A stretch of 53,738 nucleotides of DNA, filler included, from Squatina squatina (GCA_031763465.1; 3 parts of 2 records of this genome joined end to end with filler, not necessarily neighbours in it), one strand, 5' to 3'. Numbered from the whole stretch's first letter, positions 10,551 through 24,040 are shown. Made by a program: numbers and translations. The notes: generated by a model from the sequence alone, not told the origin.

Positions 10551-12755
10551 TGATTGCATTCACAGATGCAATGAAAGTTCTAGAAGATAACTGGCCAGTG
10601 TTTGAAATAACGGTGTGACTCCTGCCAACGAACCAGAAGCTCCCAGAAAGTCCTAAATTAAAAAAAATAACATTCCCAAATTTAAAACATAACATTTACA
10701 ACAGACGGAGGCCTGATTGAATGCCAACTCTTATTTGCCCAAAAATAGAGAAACAAATATTAAAACATTCCTGTTGGATTGCCTTGATAAACATCCTCAT
10801 TATTTAAAAGTGTCTTATAGTGTTTTCCCCCGAGGGGGTGGTCGTGAAATACATCCAATCATTATTTGTAATATTTTGCATCTGTACAGTTAAGATTTGT
10901 AGTTCTGTTCAGAATCCGATTTGAGGGAGGGGAGGGGTTTTCGAGGGGGAACAGTATTTGAGGGAGGGGGCGGGTTATTTGAGGGAGGGAGGGGGTGGGT
11001 CGTTAGGAGTAGGCCGCAAAAAGAACTCTCAAACCAAATGTTCAGCTTCACAGCCGAACGACAAAAGAAACCTCAAGGAGTTGACCTCCCCTTTCTGAGA
11101 AATGTGGCACATCTCAAAACAACCGCATACCTGAACCACTCTCAAACTGAACGTTTCCATCTTAAAAAAGGAAAGTTGCTGTGCGAGAAGAAAATTGGAT
11201 GAATTCTTTTCTAAGGACTGTAACAGTTTGTAAAATTGTCTTTCATGCCTGAGAAATTTTAATGCATAAATGATTTATTTCCAGACAGATGTATGATTAG
11301 CTCGAGATTGGCTATGATAGCACTGAATATTTGCTTCAACAGCTTTTAGTACTGTCTTTAACTGACACCTCGTGGTGGAATACCGATTTCAGTAGCGGTG
11401 CCAGTAGGGAGACATATTTACACTGCCCGCTTGCATCGTTGGCAGAAGGCAAAGCTGCACAACTGCACACAAAGAGTTCATCTTCAACTCCTGCCTCAGG
11501 TCAGTTTTCATCAACGGGGAGCAGCTGATTTGAAAATCAGCCCTTGGCAATCAGTTGGGATTGAAAGACAGCCTACACCATAAAAAGCCTACACCACGCC
11601 AGNNNNNNNNNNNNNNNNNNNNNNNNNNNNNNNNNNNNNNNNNNNNNNNNNNNNNNNNNNNNNNNNNNNNNNNNNNNNNNNNNNNNNNNNNNNNNNNNNN
11701 NNCATCAGCGATAAATTACACTGTGTGAATGCAGATCAATGGTAAACATACTATTTATCTATGTTCCTTGCTCAACTTGCTCTTCAAGGCAATTCTACTG
11801 ACATTCTGCACATTGAGATAATAAATGTCAGTAAGTTTTTATTACTTTATTTTTTCTGAAGTATTAGTTTGAGACATCATCAAAAATGCTACCTCTCCTT
11901 GTCCTACCTATACCAAATTTGCACAGTATGAATGCTATTAATTAGTGTTGGTGGGCTGAGGTTACTGTGCACTCACTGAAAGTGTTATTCCCAGAAGCCA
12001 ATTGTAGATTATCACTAGCTAGCTAAATTTGCGCTGATAAGGTCACTGTCATTAATCATCACTCATCAGATTACCATTAAAACATTTCATGCTACGCTTT
12101 TCCATTCCTGCATGATAAAATGTTGATTTATGATGCATACCTTTGAAATCTGCCTTTACTATATATGTGTTTTAGGTTGTTGGTCCTGGATTAGGGAATG
12201 ATGGCTCCTTTGTACAGAATTTGTTGTCTGTGGTTTCGGATTCTGATTTGGGCGCTGATTTTGGTGTCAAAGTGTTATTTCGTACACTTTTACACACTCT
12301 GTGCCAAGACCTTGTTAACCTTTGAACTTACTGAAGGTGTTCCAAATTTGGACCTGTTGCTAGTTGTTTTCTTATACTTATTGTCATGAAGCAAATGTTA
12401 TTCTTTCACTTTTGCCCCTTTATGTTAGTGATTTTCAAAGGTTACAGCGCGCAACAATGGAAACACCAGCCTTGGAATGCCGATTTGTTGTGCTTGAAGG
12501 GAGCACGGATCAAAGAATTGCGGTGACCAGATTATAGTCCTGTCTCAAACCTGTATTCCCTTCACGGACAGTTTCCGGCTGGGATTGTGGGGTTGATGAA
12601 TTTACCATTACAGGTACACCAACAAAAATCCAGACTTCAATGCAAATCCCTTGGGNNNNNNNNNNNNNNNNNNNNNNNNNNNNNNNNNNNNNNNNNNNNN
12701 NNNNNNNNNNNNNNNNNNNNNNNNNNNNNNNNNNNNNNNNNNNNNNNNNNNNNNN

Positions 12756-13003
12756 TTCTTCATTCAGAGGGTGGCAAATCTTTGGAATTCTCTACCCCAG
12801 AGGGCTGGGGAGGCTCAGGCATTGAGTACATTTAAAACAGAGATTAATAGATTTCTAGATATTAAAGGCATCAAGGGATATGGAGATAGCGCCATTTTCC
12901 TGCACTGAGGTAGAAGATCAGTCATGATCTTGTTGAATGGTGGAGCAGGATTGAGGGGCCGGATGGCCTACTCCTGCTCCTATTTATGTTATGTTCTTAT
13001 GTT
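12756..13003 (+). mobile_element. CR1 LINE 3' end
   Basis: FFIQRVANLWNSLPQRA...FKTEINRFL (CR1 ORF2 C-terminus) plus 3' UTR gaatggtggagcagg...ggcctactcctgctcc...ttatgttctt. Confidence 0.85.
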
Positions 13004-14256
13004 CTGAGCAGCCATTGTCACAGTTGAGCCAGCTGATAGCGGTGGTGTGGCTCACCTCCAGTTCCTTTTCTTTCTCTAAGAGGGACAACCTGGCTTCCAC
13101 GTGGCACCTCTCCGGGTGGAATTGGCTGAGAGCAGCAACTCACTGCCTGTGAATTGTGAGCATAGCGTCACAATCTCTAACATACTGCATCGCAAGTTCG
13201 CCCTGACATACCTTTCTAACCGACCGTACAGTATGGAATTGAAGCAATGCCATTTGTCTCCAGCTCTGTGACACTCTGTTGCAGTTCCTTTTTATTTGTG
13301 TACGATGCGTCTGTAAATTTAGATTTTCAATACTCCCTGTAAAAAAAAAAATTCAGATTGATGCCAAACACAATGTGAACGCAATGCATGTTTTATTCAA
13401 CACCTGTCAGATATGAAAAAAAGAAATGATAGGAATGCATTTGCACATACAGGCTTATGAAAATCCAATTGTATAAAATAAGTCTGTTGGGGTCTGTAAT
13501 CCATTTGCTAACGCTGTACTAGCCAAGTATATATGGCTAACCAACACTAAACTTGGCCAGTAATGAATTAGGAAATGAATTGTAATTTCTGTGTCGATGC
13601 AGAGAAGAAAGCTATGCCAATCTCCATTCTCTGCAGAAGACGAGCTTGTTGCTGAAAGCTTTAGTCGGCATCAGCTGAGTACATCCACTATACTGCAAAA
13701 TGTTGGTTACTTGAAGCTGCAGGGCCTCCTTTCACAAAATGATTAATCTTCACAGGCTGGGGACAGAGTTAATTATCAAAGCTCAACTGTGTAAAGCACA
13801 AGGGGGAGGCACTTGATATTGAAAGCACTTCCCAATTGGAACAGAGAAAGAAAAGCAAAGGGCTGGTCACCTGGGGCACTCTTGTGCATCTTGTGGCAGA
13901 ACAGAATTAGCAAAAATCCTGGGAGCGGTTTATCTTCTTGTCCTTTTGGACAGGAATGACATGGCGACCCAGAAGCAAATATAACTTTAAAAATAACAGG
14001 GAGAATATCATGGTGAGATGGTAGATTGGAGCAGTATTACGTGATGTGATGGTATTGCGGGGCACAGGTTTAAATAGCCAGGCTTTTAAACAGCTGATGT
14101 CAATCATGCTGTTACGGGGCAAACAGAAATCAAGTGTCTCCATGGCGGGGTGAGGGGGAAGGAAAGGAAAATCAGAAGATGAGTCATTCTTTAGGTACCC
14201 TTTTAGGTACTCGGTGGCATTAGTAGAAACTTCCGAGCTGGTTGGCGGTCTGCTGA

Positions 14257-14354
14257 TCATAGAAACATAGAAAAAATGTGCAGGAGTAGGCCATTCGGCC
14301 CTTTGAGCCTGCACTGCCATTCAATATGATCATGGCTGATCATGCAACTCAGTA
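14257..14354 (-). mobile_element. CR1 LINE 3' end, cut by a gap
   Basis: catagaaacatag...caggagtaggccattcggccc...ccattcaatatgatcatggctgatc. Confidence 0.8.
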
Positions 14355-15230
14355 NNNNNNNNNNNNNNNNNNNNNNNNNNNNNNNNNNNNNNNNNNNNNN
14401 NNNNNNNNNNNNNNNNNNNNNNNNNNNNNNNNNNNNNNNNNNNNNNNNNNNNNNCATATGACATTCAAATCAACATTTTGCAGTAGAAGGACTAATACTG
14501 CAAGACTCCTAATGTTTTGAACCATTTATGGTGTGTTCCATAGTCCCTTAAGAATATACTGTGAATGTAACAACAAGTAAGTACATGTTCCCTTAAGATT
14601 ATGTCACCTGTGGTGTACAGAATTGCACCTATTTTCATACTGTAGGTCATTTCTTCATTAGCGTAGTCAGGTTTCTTTATAGTCAAGTCTGTTCTAGCTT
14701 TCCTTGGGGATGCCAATTAAGGACACTTATGAATTTTTAAAATAACCATTAACATCAGTACGTTGACAGGTATACAAGCCTAACTGTGGTGCATTATTTA
14801 TCATGGACTTGTGATCTGAATGGGAAATTATGCAGGCTGCTTATTACTTATTGTGGGTGTCACTTTTTTTTTTAATTGCTTGGAAACCAATAAAATGTTT
14901 AGCTCTTTAAGAAATGCCAACTAACTCTGTTCTACTTTTTGATCATCTCTGAAATTTTGCANNNNNNNNNNGCATAATTTATTGTGAACAGCTGCTGTAA
15001 TGCTTTCAGTCCCTTTCATTTGATTAAGAACCTTTTAGTGACTTGGTGGCAGAATTGGTTATTTATGTTACTTTGGTATACAATTACTAACGCAGCGCAG
15101 TTTATTTATAAATGCCAGAGAAAACCGTACAGTAAGAGCAGAAAATGTCTAACAATCAATTCTTTTATACAGTAGTCAGGAAGGAATTACGTAGTTATAA
15201 AAGGTCTGCAATCATTATTATTTTCCCTGC

Positions 15231-15626
15231 CAGTTTGCCTGTTAGCTGCAAATTTCTAATAAGCCCATCAGAAACTCTTACCAGCACCAGTACTAACGGT
15301 GGAATTAGCCAGAAGTGCCTTTATATTTCAAGAAATCATTTACATTTGCCACAGGCAATCTGGTAGAATTAGCAGCCTTGCCGTGAGTTCTCAATACAAA
15401 GCTTGTAACTGTGACAGAATCGGCATCTATACGTGTGCTCTTATTAAAGCACAACCCACAAATCTCAGTTGGGCTACTGTGTTTGGCAGAGGGGAAGAAA
15501 GGGGCACTGGTAGTGTCAGTCCCACCTAGATAAACCCAAATCTTCTGGCCAATTCCACAGTTAGTGCTGGTGCTGTGAAGGGCTTCTGTTGGGCTCATTA
15601 GAAACTTGCTTCTAGCCGACAAACTG
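15231..15626. repeat. Long inverted repeat: two 85-bp arms with a ~226-bp spacer
   Basis: 15231-15315 aligns without gaps to the reverse complement of 15542-15626, with about 15 mismatches by eye. Confidence 0.8.
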
Positions 15627-15885
15627 CAGAAATGGAGTATCACAAAGCTGTATTGATTACAACTGTTCAGAGGTTCACTGCTGAGACTATCCAGCTGAGC
15701 TAAGGGAGTGATGTAATAGGGGACATATAGATCAAAAAGTAGGCAGGGTGGAAATAGAGAAAGCACCTTACTGCTGTGTACAATTAGGACATATGATTTT
15801 AAAACCAATGATTCTGATTCCTTCGGCGGTACCTCTGAATTTATGAATAAAGACATCTCAGACAGATTAAGGATACCCTCGTGTG

Positions 15886-15985
15886 NNNNNNNNNNNNNNN
15901 NNNNNNNNNNNNNNNNNNNNNNNNNNNNNTTAATTAATTAANNNNNNNNNNNNNNNNNNNNNNNNNNNNNNNNNNNNNNNNNNNN
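15886..15985. other. Artificial scaffold linker
   Basis: Exactly 44 N + TTAATTAATTAA + 44 N; the palindrome has stops in all six frames. Confidence 0.95.
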
Positions 15986-16116
15986 CACAGAAAGCTCAAT
16001 CCAAAGAGAGACACTTTGTGTCTACGTGGCTTTTGTTGGCTAGCAGCTGTTTAAAAGTGTCTCTTGCAAATAAGACCTTAGCACTTCTGTAATTGCTGAA
16101 TTTATTTTAATTTTAG

Positions 16117-16255
16117 TACTTTTAAATACATGGATGCCATATCATCTATTGGAACATCTGGATTAACTGACATGAAGAAACTGGCTAAGTGGGCAGCAGA
16201 GTCCAGGCTTGATCCAAATGACCCCAGCAATGCAGGTCTGATGCAATTAATAATG
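16117..16255 (+). CDS. CC2D2A: CC2D2A internal exon
   Basis: ttttag|...ATG|gtaaga; [41 protein letters not shown] is near-identical to recalled CC2D2A. Confidence 0.93.
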
Positions 16256-17736
16256 GTAAGATGGTTGGGTAAATTAAGGAAAATAATGTGTCCCTTATTC
16301 TTTATGAACCTGGATGTGGTCCAGATTCTCAAAATTGCAGCCCATTGTGATTATTTGCACAGTCTTCTGCACATGCACCCCTGTGGGGGGAGGCGGGGCC
16401 TGAATACCGTCCCACCGTCATCAGAACTGCACATAGCACAGACGTTGCAGCTGCGCGTGTGCACCAGAGGGCCCTTGCTAACGCTAGTGATCTGTGGAGC
16501 AGGCATGAGCAGCAGGGTGGGAGTCTGGGTGTGGGGATCAGACTCGGGCTCTGCAGCCGCAGGGCCGGGTCTTCAAGGTGCTGGGCCGAAGTTTCGGCCT
16601 GTTTATGCTGCACATGATTGGGGAGAAGGTCAGGAGAAGGATAATCAGTTGGTTGGGGGAAACCGGAGGGCAGCCGGGTCCTCAGCAACAGGTGGCAACT
16701 TCGGGAGATTAAAAAAAAATTAAACCCAAACCCAGCAAAAATCAGCCGACGGCGAAAACCCAGCCCGGGCCCAGGCCCTGATGTTTAAAGCCCTGCTTAC
16801 CCGGTCGAGCTCGCCCATCTTGCGGCTTCGGCAAGTGTGTGACGATCCTGGGGTTTGGCCGTGTCGCGGTTCTGGGCCCTGCTTGCCCTGCAGCCTCTCT
16901 GGTCTGGCGCAGGGTTCACAGGCGACTCCTGGGCGCCGCCATTACCAACCACGTGTTCGTGGCACACCTGCTCAGCGCTGCAGCCGCACCGCACTCTGCT
17001 CCCACACAAGGTTCCTGCTTGAACCTGCAGTCCATTCTGCCCCAATCCAAAGCTACAAATTCCGGGGAAACCTTAGGAACAGCACTTATGAGCAAAACAC
17101 CCACACATCACACACACTGACCCNNNNNNNNNNNNNNNNNNNNNNNNNNNNNNNNNNNNNNNNNNNNNNNNNNNNNNNNNNNNNNNNNNNNNNNNNNNNN
17201 NNNNNNNNNNNNNNNNNNNNNNNTGTGAAACTCCAATATCTGAAATTAAAAACCACTTGCTCCATTATTAAAAAAAAAATGACATTGGCCCCTTAAAAGG
17301 CAATCAACCCAACTACTGGAGTATCTGAGGTACTGGGACCCCCTTTGAACATATAAATGAAAAGGACCTTTTGTTAAATTATGTAAAATAATAATGGATT
17401 TAACAGAAACAAATTAGTTTGCTCCATGTGGAAAACTAAATTGACCCTCACGTGGTATTATCTGCCACACCTGTTTTGTTTAAATGAATGTGTACACAAT
17501 TTTGAATTATTAATGAATTGCACTGGGATTTGATGTTAATCATTGGTGTGTCAAGGTTGATTACCTGGGAGCTTCTGTTTCTGTGCAGTTCTGGTGATTC
17601 ACGGTATGTTGCATTATTCTAATTTCCTTTCCATGTAGATGACTTAAGATTTATTTTAGTTTATTATTTTAACATTAAAAGTTTTTAAAATAAAATTGCA
17701 TCAATATTATTTGATATTTGTATATGATTTCTTACA

Positions 17737-18405
17737 AGATGAGGAACAGAGGGATCTTGGAGTACATGTCCACAGATCCCTGAAGGTAGCAGGACAGGTA
17801 GAGAAGGTGGTCAAGAAGACATAGGGGATACTTTCCTTTATTAGCTGAGGCACAGAATATAAGAGCAAGGAGGTTCTGCTTGAACTGCAAACAACACTAG
17901 TTAGACCACAACTAGAGTACTGCAGACAGTTCTGGTCACCATATTGCAAGAAAGGTGTGATTGCACTAGAAAGGGTAGAGAGGAGATTTTTAAGGATACA
18001 AAATTTTCAAGATTTTCAAGGATGTTGCAAGGACTGAAGAAATTTAGCTATGAGGAAAGATTTGATAGGTTGGGGTTGTTTTCAGAGTGGATCGGAAAGA
18101 CCTATTTCCCTTAGCAGAGAGGTCAATAACCTGGGGGCATAGATTTAAAGTAATTGGTAGAAGGATTAGAGCGGAGTTGAGAACATTTTTCACCCAGAGG
18201 GTGGTAGGTGTCTGGAACCCACTGCCTGAAAGGATGGTAGAGGCAGAAACCATCATCGCAGTTAACAAGTACTTGGATGTGCACTTGAAGTGCCGTAATC
18301 TGCAGGGCTACGGACCAATAGCTGGAAGATAGGATTAGACTGGATAGCTCTTTTTCAGCCGGCACAGACATGATAGCCTGTGCAGTAAATTCCTATGATT
18401 CTGTG
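17737..18405 (+). mobile_element. CR1 LINE 3' fragment
   Basis: EEQRDLGVHVHRSLKV..., LVRPQLEYC.QFWSP, TWGHRFKV...FFTQRVVGVWNPLPE. Confidence 0.88.
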
Positions 18406-18502
18406 ACTTTGCAAAGTTAAATCTATTCATAATTTTTTTTTTTTAAAGTGGTGAGAAAGAGAGAACATGTTTTAAATATAGTTAATGTTTTCTGCCCAAT
18501 AG

Positions 18503-18670
18503 TGTGTTGGGCATCAGCCTATTCAAACTGACTGAACCAAGGAGACCACTTAGACCACGAAGAAAAGAAAGGAAAAAAGTCACTGCTCAGAACCTTTCTG
18601 ATGGGGACATTAACATTTTGGTCAACATTATCCGAGCCTATGATATACCTATACGCAAATCCATAGGAAG
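18503..18670 (+). CDS. CC2D2A: CC2D2A internal exon
   Basis: aatag|...|gtagga; [55 protein letters not shown]. Confidence 0.93.
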
Positions 18671-19342
18671 GTAGGAGATACCAAGGTCATTGAGAGATCT
18701 TCTGTATGTCTATGAGAATTTAGATTTTGTTTTGCAAGTTCTTCTCTCCAAATTACCGCTGATAGGAACAAATGATCATTTCATTGCTGAATAAAGTCTT
18801 CAGTGAAAGGAATCGTAGGAAATTTCATCTTTAAATTTAAATTATTGTAACCAGCAAAATAGCTGTGAAGTACTTTTTTTGCATTGAAGTTACTAATATC
18901 CTGCTATTTTTTGTTAAGTTTTTCTTTGTGAAGTTTTTCTTTGTTCTTTAGTCTTGAGAAACTGTTGATAATGCAAATATTCAGAGTAGAGTATAGGTGC
19001 CAGCTTCAAGGGAGATGGCTTGTGTTTGTTTGTATTACTTGCAAACAGGCCTCTATCAGGACAAGACAGTTTGCTTAAGAGGGAAGAGGGTCCAGATTGT
19101 AACAGGCTGGAGTATATGTATTTAAAATTCATTACTATTTAGTATCAAGGACTAATACCAAATCAAAATTTCAGAAGAAAATATTCTAAACAAAGCTAAC
19201 TTTACAAAGTGAAAATGGTAGACACTTTGGCTACAACCAAATCACAGTACTATTATATATTGCACATCTGTCCCCAGAGTCCCTCTCACAAGCTATCATC
19301 AGACGATTTAGGTAATACATTGCTAAACATGACCCATCTCTC

Positions 19343-19449
19343 AACAAAACAAAAGCAAAATATCGCGGATGCTGGAATCTGACATAGAAATGGAGAATGC
19401 TGGAAATATTCCGCAGGTCAGGCAGCATCTGTGGAGAGAGAAACAGAAT
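19343..19449 (-). mobile_element. Penelope-like terminal repeat, cut by a gap
   Basis: aaaagcaaaatatcgcggatgctggaatctg...gaatgctggaaatattccgcaggtcaggcagcatctgtggagagag; same family as the copy at 9400. Confidence 0.7.
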
Positions 19450-19912
19450 NNNNNNNNNNNNNNNNNNNNNNNNNNNNNNNNNNNNNNNNNNNNNNNNNNN
19501 NNNNNNNNNNNNNNNNNNNNNNNNNNNNNNNNNNNNNNNNNNNNNNNNNCATATGCTTCTGCTGGTTTAGGTGGACTCATTATATATTAAAAAAAAATCC
19601 CTTGCCACAATTCAAAGAAGAGCAGGAATTTTTCCCAGTGGCTTCGCTAACATTCCTTCCTCAAGTAACACCAACAAATGCAGATAAATTGGTCATTCAT
19701 CTCGCTGATATATTTGTTGGGTCTTGCTGTACAATTTGCCTATAGACCAAGAGTGACTCCCACTTCAAACCCCACCATTTCTTTATTTGAACCGACCCAA
19801 GTCCATACCTGGTTCCTTTTTTTACTTTTAGATTTGTCTTAACAGTGGAGCAATTTTGGCAGAATTGGCAATTTGGTTTAAAACAAAACGTTTTAAATGA
19901 TCTGTTTTACAG

Positions 19913-20089
19913 ATTAATGGCACCTTCAGGATTAATACACCCCCAGTCCTTCTGGGATATAACAAAGAGCGCAATCTAGCCAGTGAAAGAGGATGGGAGG
20001 CGGTTCGGAGTCTAAGTGAAGGCTCTTATTTGTCCCTCTTCATTACTGTTGAACCACATCTTGTACGTGGAGAATCTGTAAATGAAAAG
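19913..20089 (+). CDS. CC2D2A: CC2D2A internal exon
   Basis: ttacag|...|gtaatg, 177 nt; [59 protein letters not shown]. Confidence 0.92.
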
Positions 20090-20815
20090 GTAATGTGCAT
20101 TCATGATTTTAAAATGCTTTAATGAAGATAGCCTTTTAAAAGTGCTCTAAAGGTTTCCTGTGTCAGACCCTTTTATCCGTCCCATTAGCATTATCAAATG
20201 TTTCATCGAAACCATGTCGTAGGTATGTTTGGTACACGTTTTCCAGAGAGGTCAACCTAATCCAAGGACAGAGCTAATTTTTACACAAATGGTGCACTTT
20301 GTAGCATGAGGCGTTTCACCTGAGGAAAAAACATTGATCAGTTTTCAAGGTCTCGTGATAATTGGGACTTTTGTAAGAGGTTTTCATTCCCGACATTTAT
20401 TTTTTTCCTGAGGCTCTGTGTATCATTTTCCAGCCTGGAGAGAGAATAAGAGAAGCAAACAGCCAATGATAGGTGAATCTACGGTGTTTTACCCAGGTGT
20501 AGGATTCCCATCAGAATCATGGTTGAGAATCAACAAACTAATTAAACATGCTGAACTTGGTACGTGCTCCAAAACATATCAGCTATTGGCTACACCTTGC
20601 ACGAGAGGGGGAGGGGAGTGCACCACATAACCAAGGGGTATGCCAAGAAAAGCCTTGCAACAGCCGTATCCTTGAGCCTCCCTGTGGAAAATATAGGTTG
20701 AATTTAATTTATTGGTTGGTTTATTTTCAAAAATACTAAACTCATCGGAAAATAGTTGGCAGCGTAATCAGAAAAGCTATTTTCACTCCATTTTTGAAGC
20801 TGTGTGCAGAAACAT

Positions 20816-21660
20816 GGGGCTGGATTTTGCTGGGTCCCATCTGCATGGCATGGGGGGAACCCAGGAGATGGTGGGAAACCCAGAAGTTTGGATTTCACAA
20901 CACTCTGTGGAATTTTAACTCCATGGCATGCCTGTGACATCCCGGGCGGGTTCCCTGCCCGGACATCAGCCTGATTGACAGGATGATTGACTGGCTGGCT
21001 GGCTGGCTTCCAGTCGTGCAGGGAACTCTAAGAGGCTAGAGGACAAGGTAAATGCTGGGCCCAGGAAGGTTTGGGGGTGCGAGGGTGGTGGGCGGGTGGT
21101 GTCCGATTATTGACCCCATGTGGTGGTGAGCTCAGTCCTGAGGGGGAGGAGTTCCGATCCCTGACCCTGGGACAAGCCAGGCGGATGGTGTGAGGGTTTG
21201 TGGGGGGCCAAGAGGAAGCAGTCCTGTTCTTCCCAGTCCACAAGCATTGCTCCCTGAGGCTGAGGTCGCCTCGTTGCAGCCACCAGAAATCCCGAGTCCT
21301 GGGATCGCCGACCGCCTGCAGTAAAGCCTGCAAATGGTTAAAGTAGAGGTTTTGGGCCTCATTATAATATGTAAATTGCCAGCCCACCTCTTGGCAGCGG
21401 GTTGGCAGCCCGTCCCACCATACCTCCGAAAGGTGAAAGTAGGTGGGTTGGAGTCGGGGGTTCACATTTTTTTTTTCAACTTTCTTCATCCCAATACAGG
21501 GAACATCACTCTTATTCATTGGTTTCACAGTAACATTGACAGAGGTTTGGGAGGGCATCGTCTGACCTTTCAGAAAGGAGTGTTAACATGGAGAACCAGG
21601 GAAGGAGAGAAAAATGCCTTTAAAGAGTTTTATCTTCAACATTCCCTTTTATATTTTTTT
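20816..21660. mobile_element. GC-rich non-autonomous DNA transposon remnant (Harbinger-like terminus)
   Basis: Starts gggctggattttg; similar termini at 35221 (ggcctggatttt), 39735 (aaaattccagcc), 48757 (gggggagaaatt) and 51566 (caaaatcctggcc). Confidence 0.45.
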
Positions 21661-21884
21661 NNNNNNNNNNNNNNNNNNNNNNNNNNNNNNNNNNNNNNNN
21701 NNNNNNNNNNNNNNNNNNNNNNNNNNNNNNNNNNNNNNNNNNNNNNNNNNNNNNNNNNNNGAGGTAAGAGGCTGTTTGTTCTTCATTACCATGTTTGCAG
21801 AGTTTCCATAGAGAGATTAATTTTTCAGTCACATCAGCAAACCATCTCATAATGATTGCTATCATTTTATATTATAAAATAAAT

Positions 21885-22252
21885 TGAATATAGAGGATTA
21901 AGAGGTGATCTAACTGAGGTATTTTAAGATGAATAAAGGAGTTGATACAGTAGATGGAGAAAAACTATTTTCTCTGGTGAGGGGGTCCAGAACAAGAGAG
22001 CATAATCTTAAAATTAGAGTTAGACCATTCAGGGGTGATGTCAGGAAGCACTTCTTCACACAAAGGGTAGTGGAAATGTGGAACTCTATCCATCAAAAAG
22101 CTGTTGAGGCTCGGTCAGTTGATAAATTTTTATTGGGTAAGAATATTGAGAGTTACGGAACCACAGCAGGTAGACGGAATTAAGATATAGATCGGCCATG
22201 ATTTAATTGAATGGTAGAACAAGCTCAAGGATAGTCTGCTCCTGTTATGTTA
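21885..22252 (+). mobile_element. CR1 LINE 3' fragment
   Basis: RLRGDLTEVFKMNKG...SRTREHNLKIR...HFFTQRVVEMWNS. Confidence 0.88.
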
Positions 22253-22254
22253 CA

Positions 22255-22640
22255 ATCCTTGTGGTTCACCATATGGTCCTGTTGGTAAATACACCATGTG
22301 GTGTAGAACGGAGCCATACAAACCAGAAAAATTCTGAAGTTTGATTGCTGACCCAATTTGTTAGCTGACCTCGGCTAGAGAGGCAGAGGGGGTACTGCAA
22401 CTGACCAGGGCTCTCGCTTCCAATTATTATCCAGTGACCCAGAACGTACACATGTGCAGGGGCTTGAGAACTGAATCGGGGTCAGCTGTGGTGCCCTCCG
22501 TACTGGATATTTTTTCAGCACACAGGCTTACATGTGAAGAATGATCATTTGAGGAGCAGGGTGATCATAATCTGTGTAAATGCACACCAGCATTTTTTCA
22601 CACCTCAGGATTGGAGCAAGGGGAGAAAATTGTGGATGGG
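22255..22640 (+). mobile_element. tRNA-derived SINE, AmnSINE2-like
   Basis: ggtaaatacaccatgtggtg...gagccatacaaaccag...ttagctgacctc...tatccagtgaccc. Homologous copies at about 31490-31860, 34430-34710, 37200-37350, 37510-37790 and 43660-43920 (-). Confidence 0.55.
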
Positions 22641-22977
22641 GGAGCAGTGTAAAAATCTTTTTCAAATTTTGAATCTCCATATATTTGCTTCAACAGTGTT
22701 TGGCATTTGTCAGTAGTAATCTACAATATAAAATTCAAAAGATATAATATAAACTTGGTGAACAGTTCCCCATACATGTGCAGTAATAGTGTTACAATTA
22801 TTAATCCTTCTATTAACATGGAAGCTATTGCACATCATAAGCATGGAGTACACTTGATGCTACCTGAAACAATAACTAAATTTTCTNNNNNNNNNNAATG
22901 ATTAAAACATTCACTTATATTTAAATTTAGATTAGCTTAATTTTGGCTCGTTTAACAATGTTCAAATTTATTTTCAG

Positions 22978-23112
22978 GGTCCAACGGCATATGTGCTGAC
23001 GTATGAACAGAACCAGTATGTGATCTGGAACTCCACCACTGGACAGTGCTATGGACAGTTTGATGCATTCTGTCCATTGCAGAGTGTCAGCTGCTTGGTT
23101 AGTGCTGACAAT
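22978..23112 (+). CDS. CC2D2A: CC2D2A internal exon
   Basis: tttcag|...|gtaagt, 135 nt; [45 protein letters not shown]. Confidence 0.92.
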
Positions 23113-23606
23113 GTAAGTCTCGCTTAAACTTTCTCCTAGAAATGATAGTGAAATCCAGCGAAGTAATCGAGTTATTAGTCCCACTTCATCTGAATCCTGA
23201 AAGTTGATTAGATCAAAAACCGACTCAATGATTTAATTTGTTTACTTTTGAAGATTTGTTTGCTACTTAAAAACTGCAGCTTCTAAACAAAGACCTGCTG
23301 AACTTCCATCAGCTGCACAAACATTGCATTCCTAGCTTGTACTTGCTGCAAAGTCTGGTTAATCAATCAGTGCTTTACATTGTTGCTATTTTCCCACATA
23401 AAAGTAATATACAAGAAATGTTCAGATACCATTTTTTTTCNNNNNNNNNNNNNNNNNNNNNNNNNNNNNNNNNNNNNNNNNNNNNNNNNNNNNNNNNNNN
23501 NNNNNNNNNNNNNNNNNNNNNNNNNNNNNNNNNNNNNNNNAGCCGACTTTTCACAAGCCATTGGGAATGGGAGTGCTCAGTGTTAATTGCTGTTATATAA
23601 TCCTAA

Positions 23607-24040
23607 CATAAGAATTAGGAGCAGGAGTAGGCTATATGGCCCTTCGTGCCTGCTTTGCCATTCAACGAGATCATGGCTGATCTTTGACCTCAACCCCATT
23701 TTCCAACCCAATCTCCATATCCCTGGATTCCAAAAATCTATCTACCTCAGCCTACAATATATTCAACGATTCAGCATCCACAGCCCTTTGGGGTAGAGAA
23801 TTCCAAAGGTTCACAACTCTCAGTGAAGAAATTCCTCCTCCTCTCCGTCTTAAATGGCCGACCCCTTATCCTGAGACTGCCGCCGAGTTCTAGACTCTCC
23901 AGCCAGGGGAAACAACCTGTCAGCATCGACCCTGTCAATGCCCCCTCAGAATCTTTTATGTTTCAATGAGATCGCCTCCCATTCTTCTAAACCCCAGAGA
24001 GTATAGGCCCAATCTGCTCATATGACACCCCTCTCATCAA
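23607..24040 (-). mobile_element. CR1 LINE 3' fragment
   Basis: acataagaattaggagcaggagtaggc...ggtagagaattccaaaggttcacaactctcagtgaagaaattcctcc. Confidence 0.85.

Noticed and set aside
15930-15941. TTAATTAATTAA as a biological site (homeodomain site or piggyBac target)
   Set aside because: It is centred exactly within 44+44 N in both occurrences, so it is synthetic.
16256-16723. 197-aa ORF 16130-16723 as a full protein
   Set aside because: Only the first 42 codons are CC2D2A; the rest is intron read-through into a GC-rich repeat.
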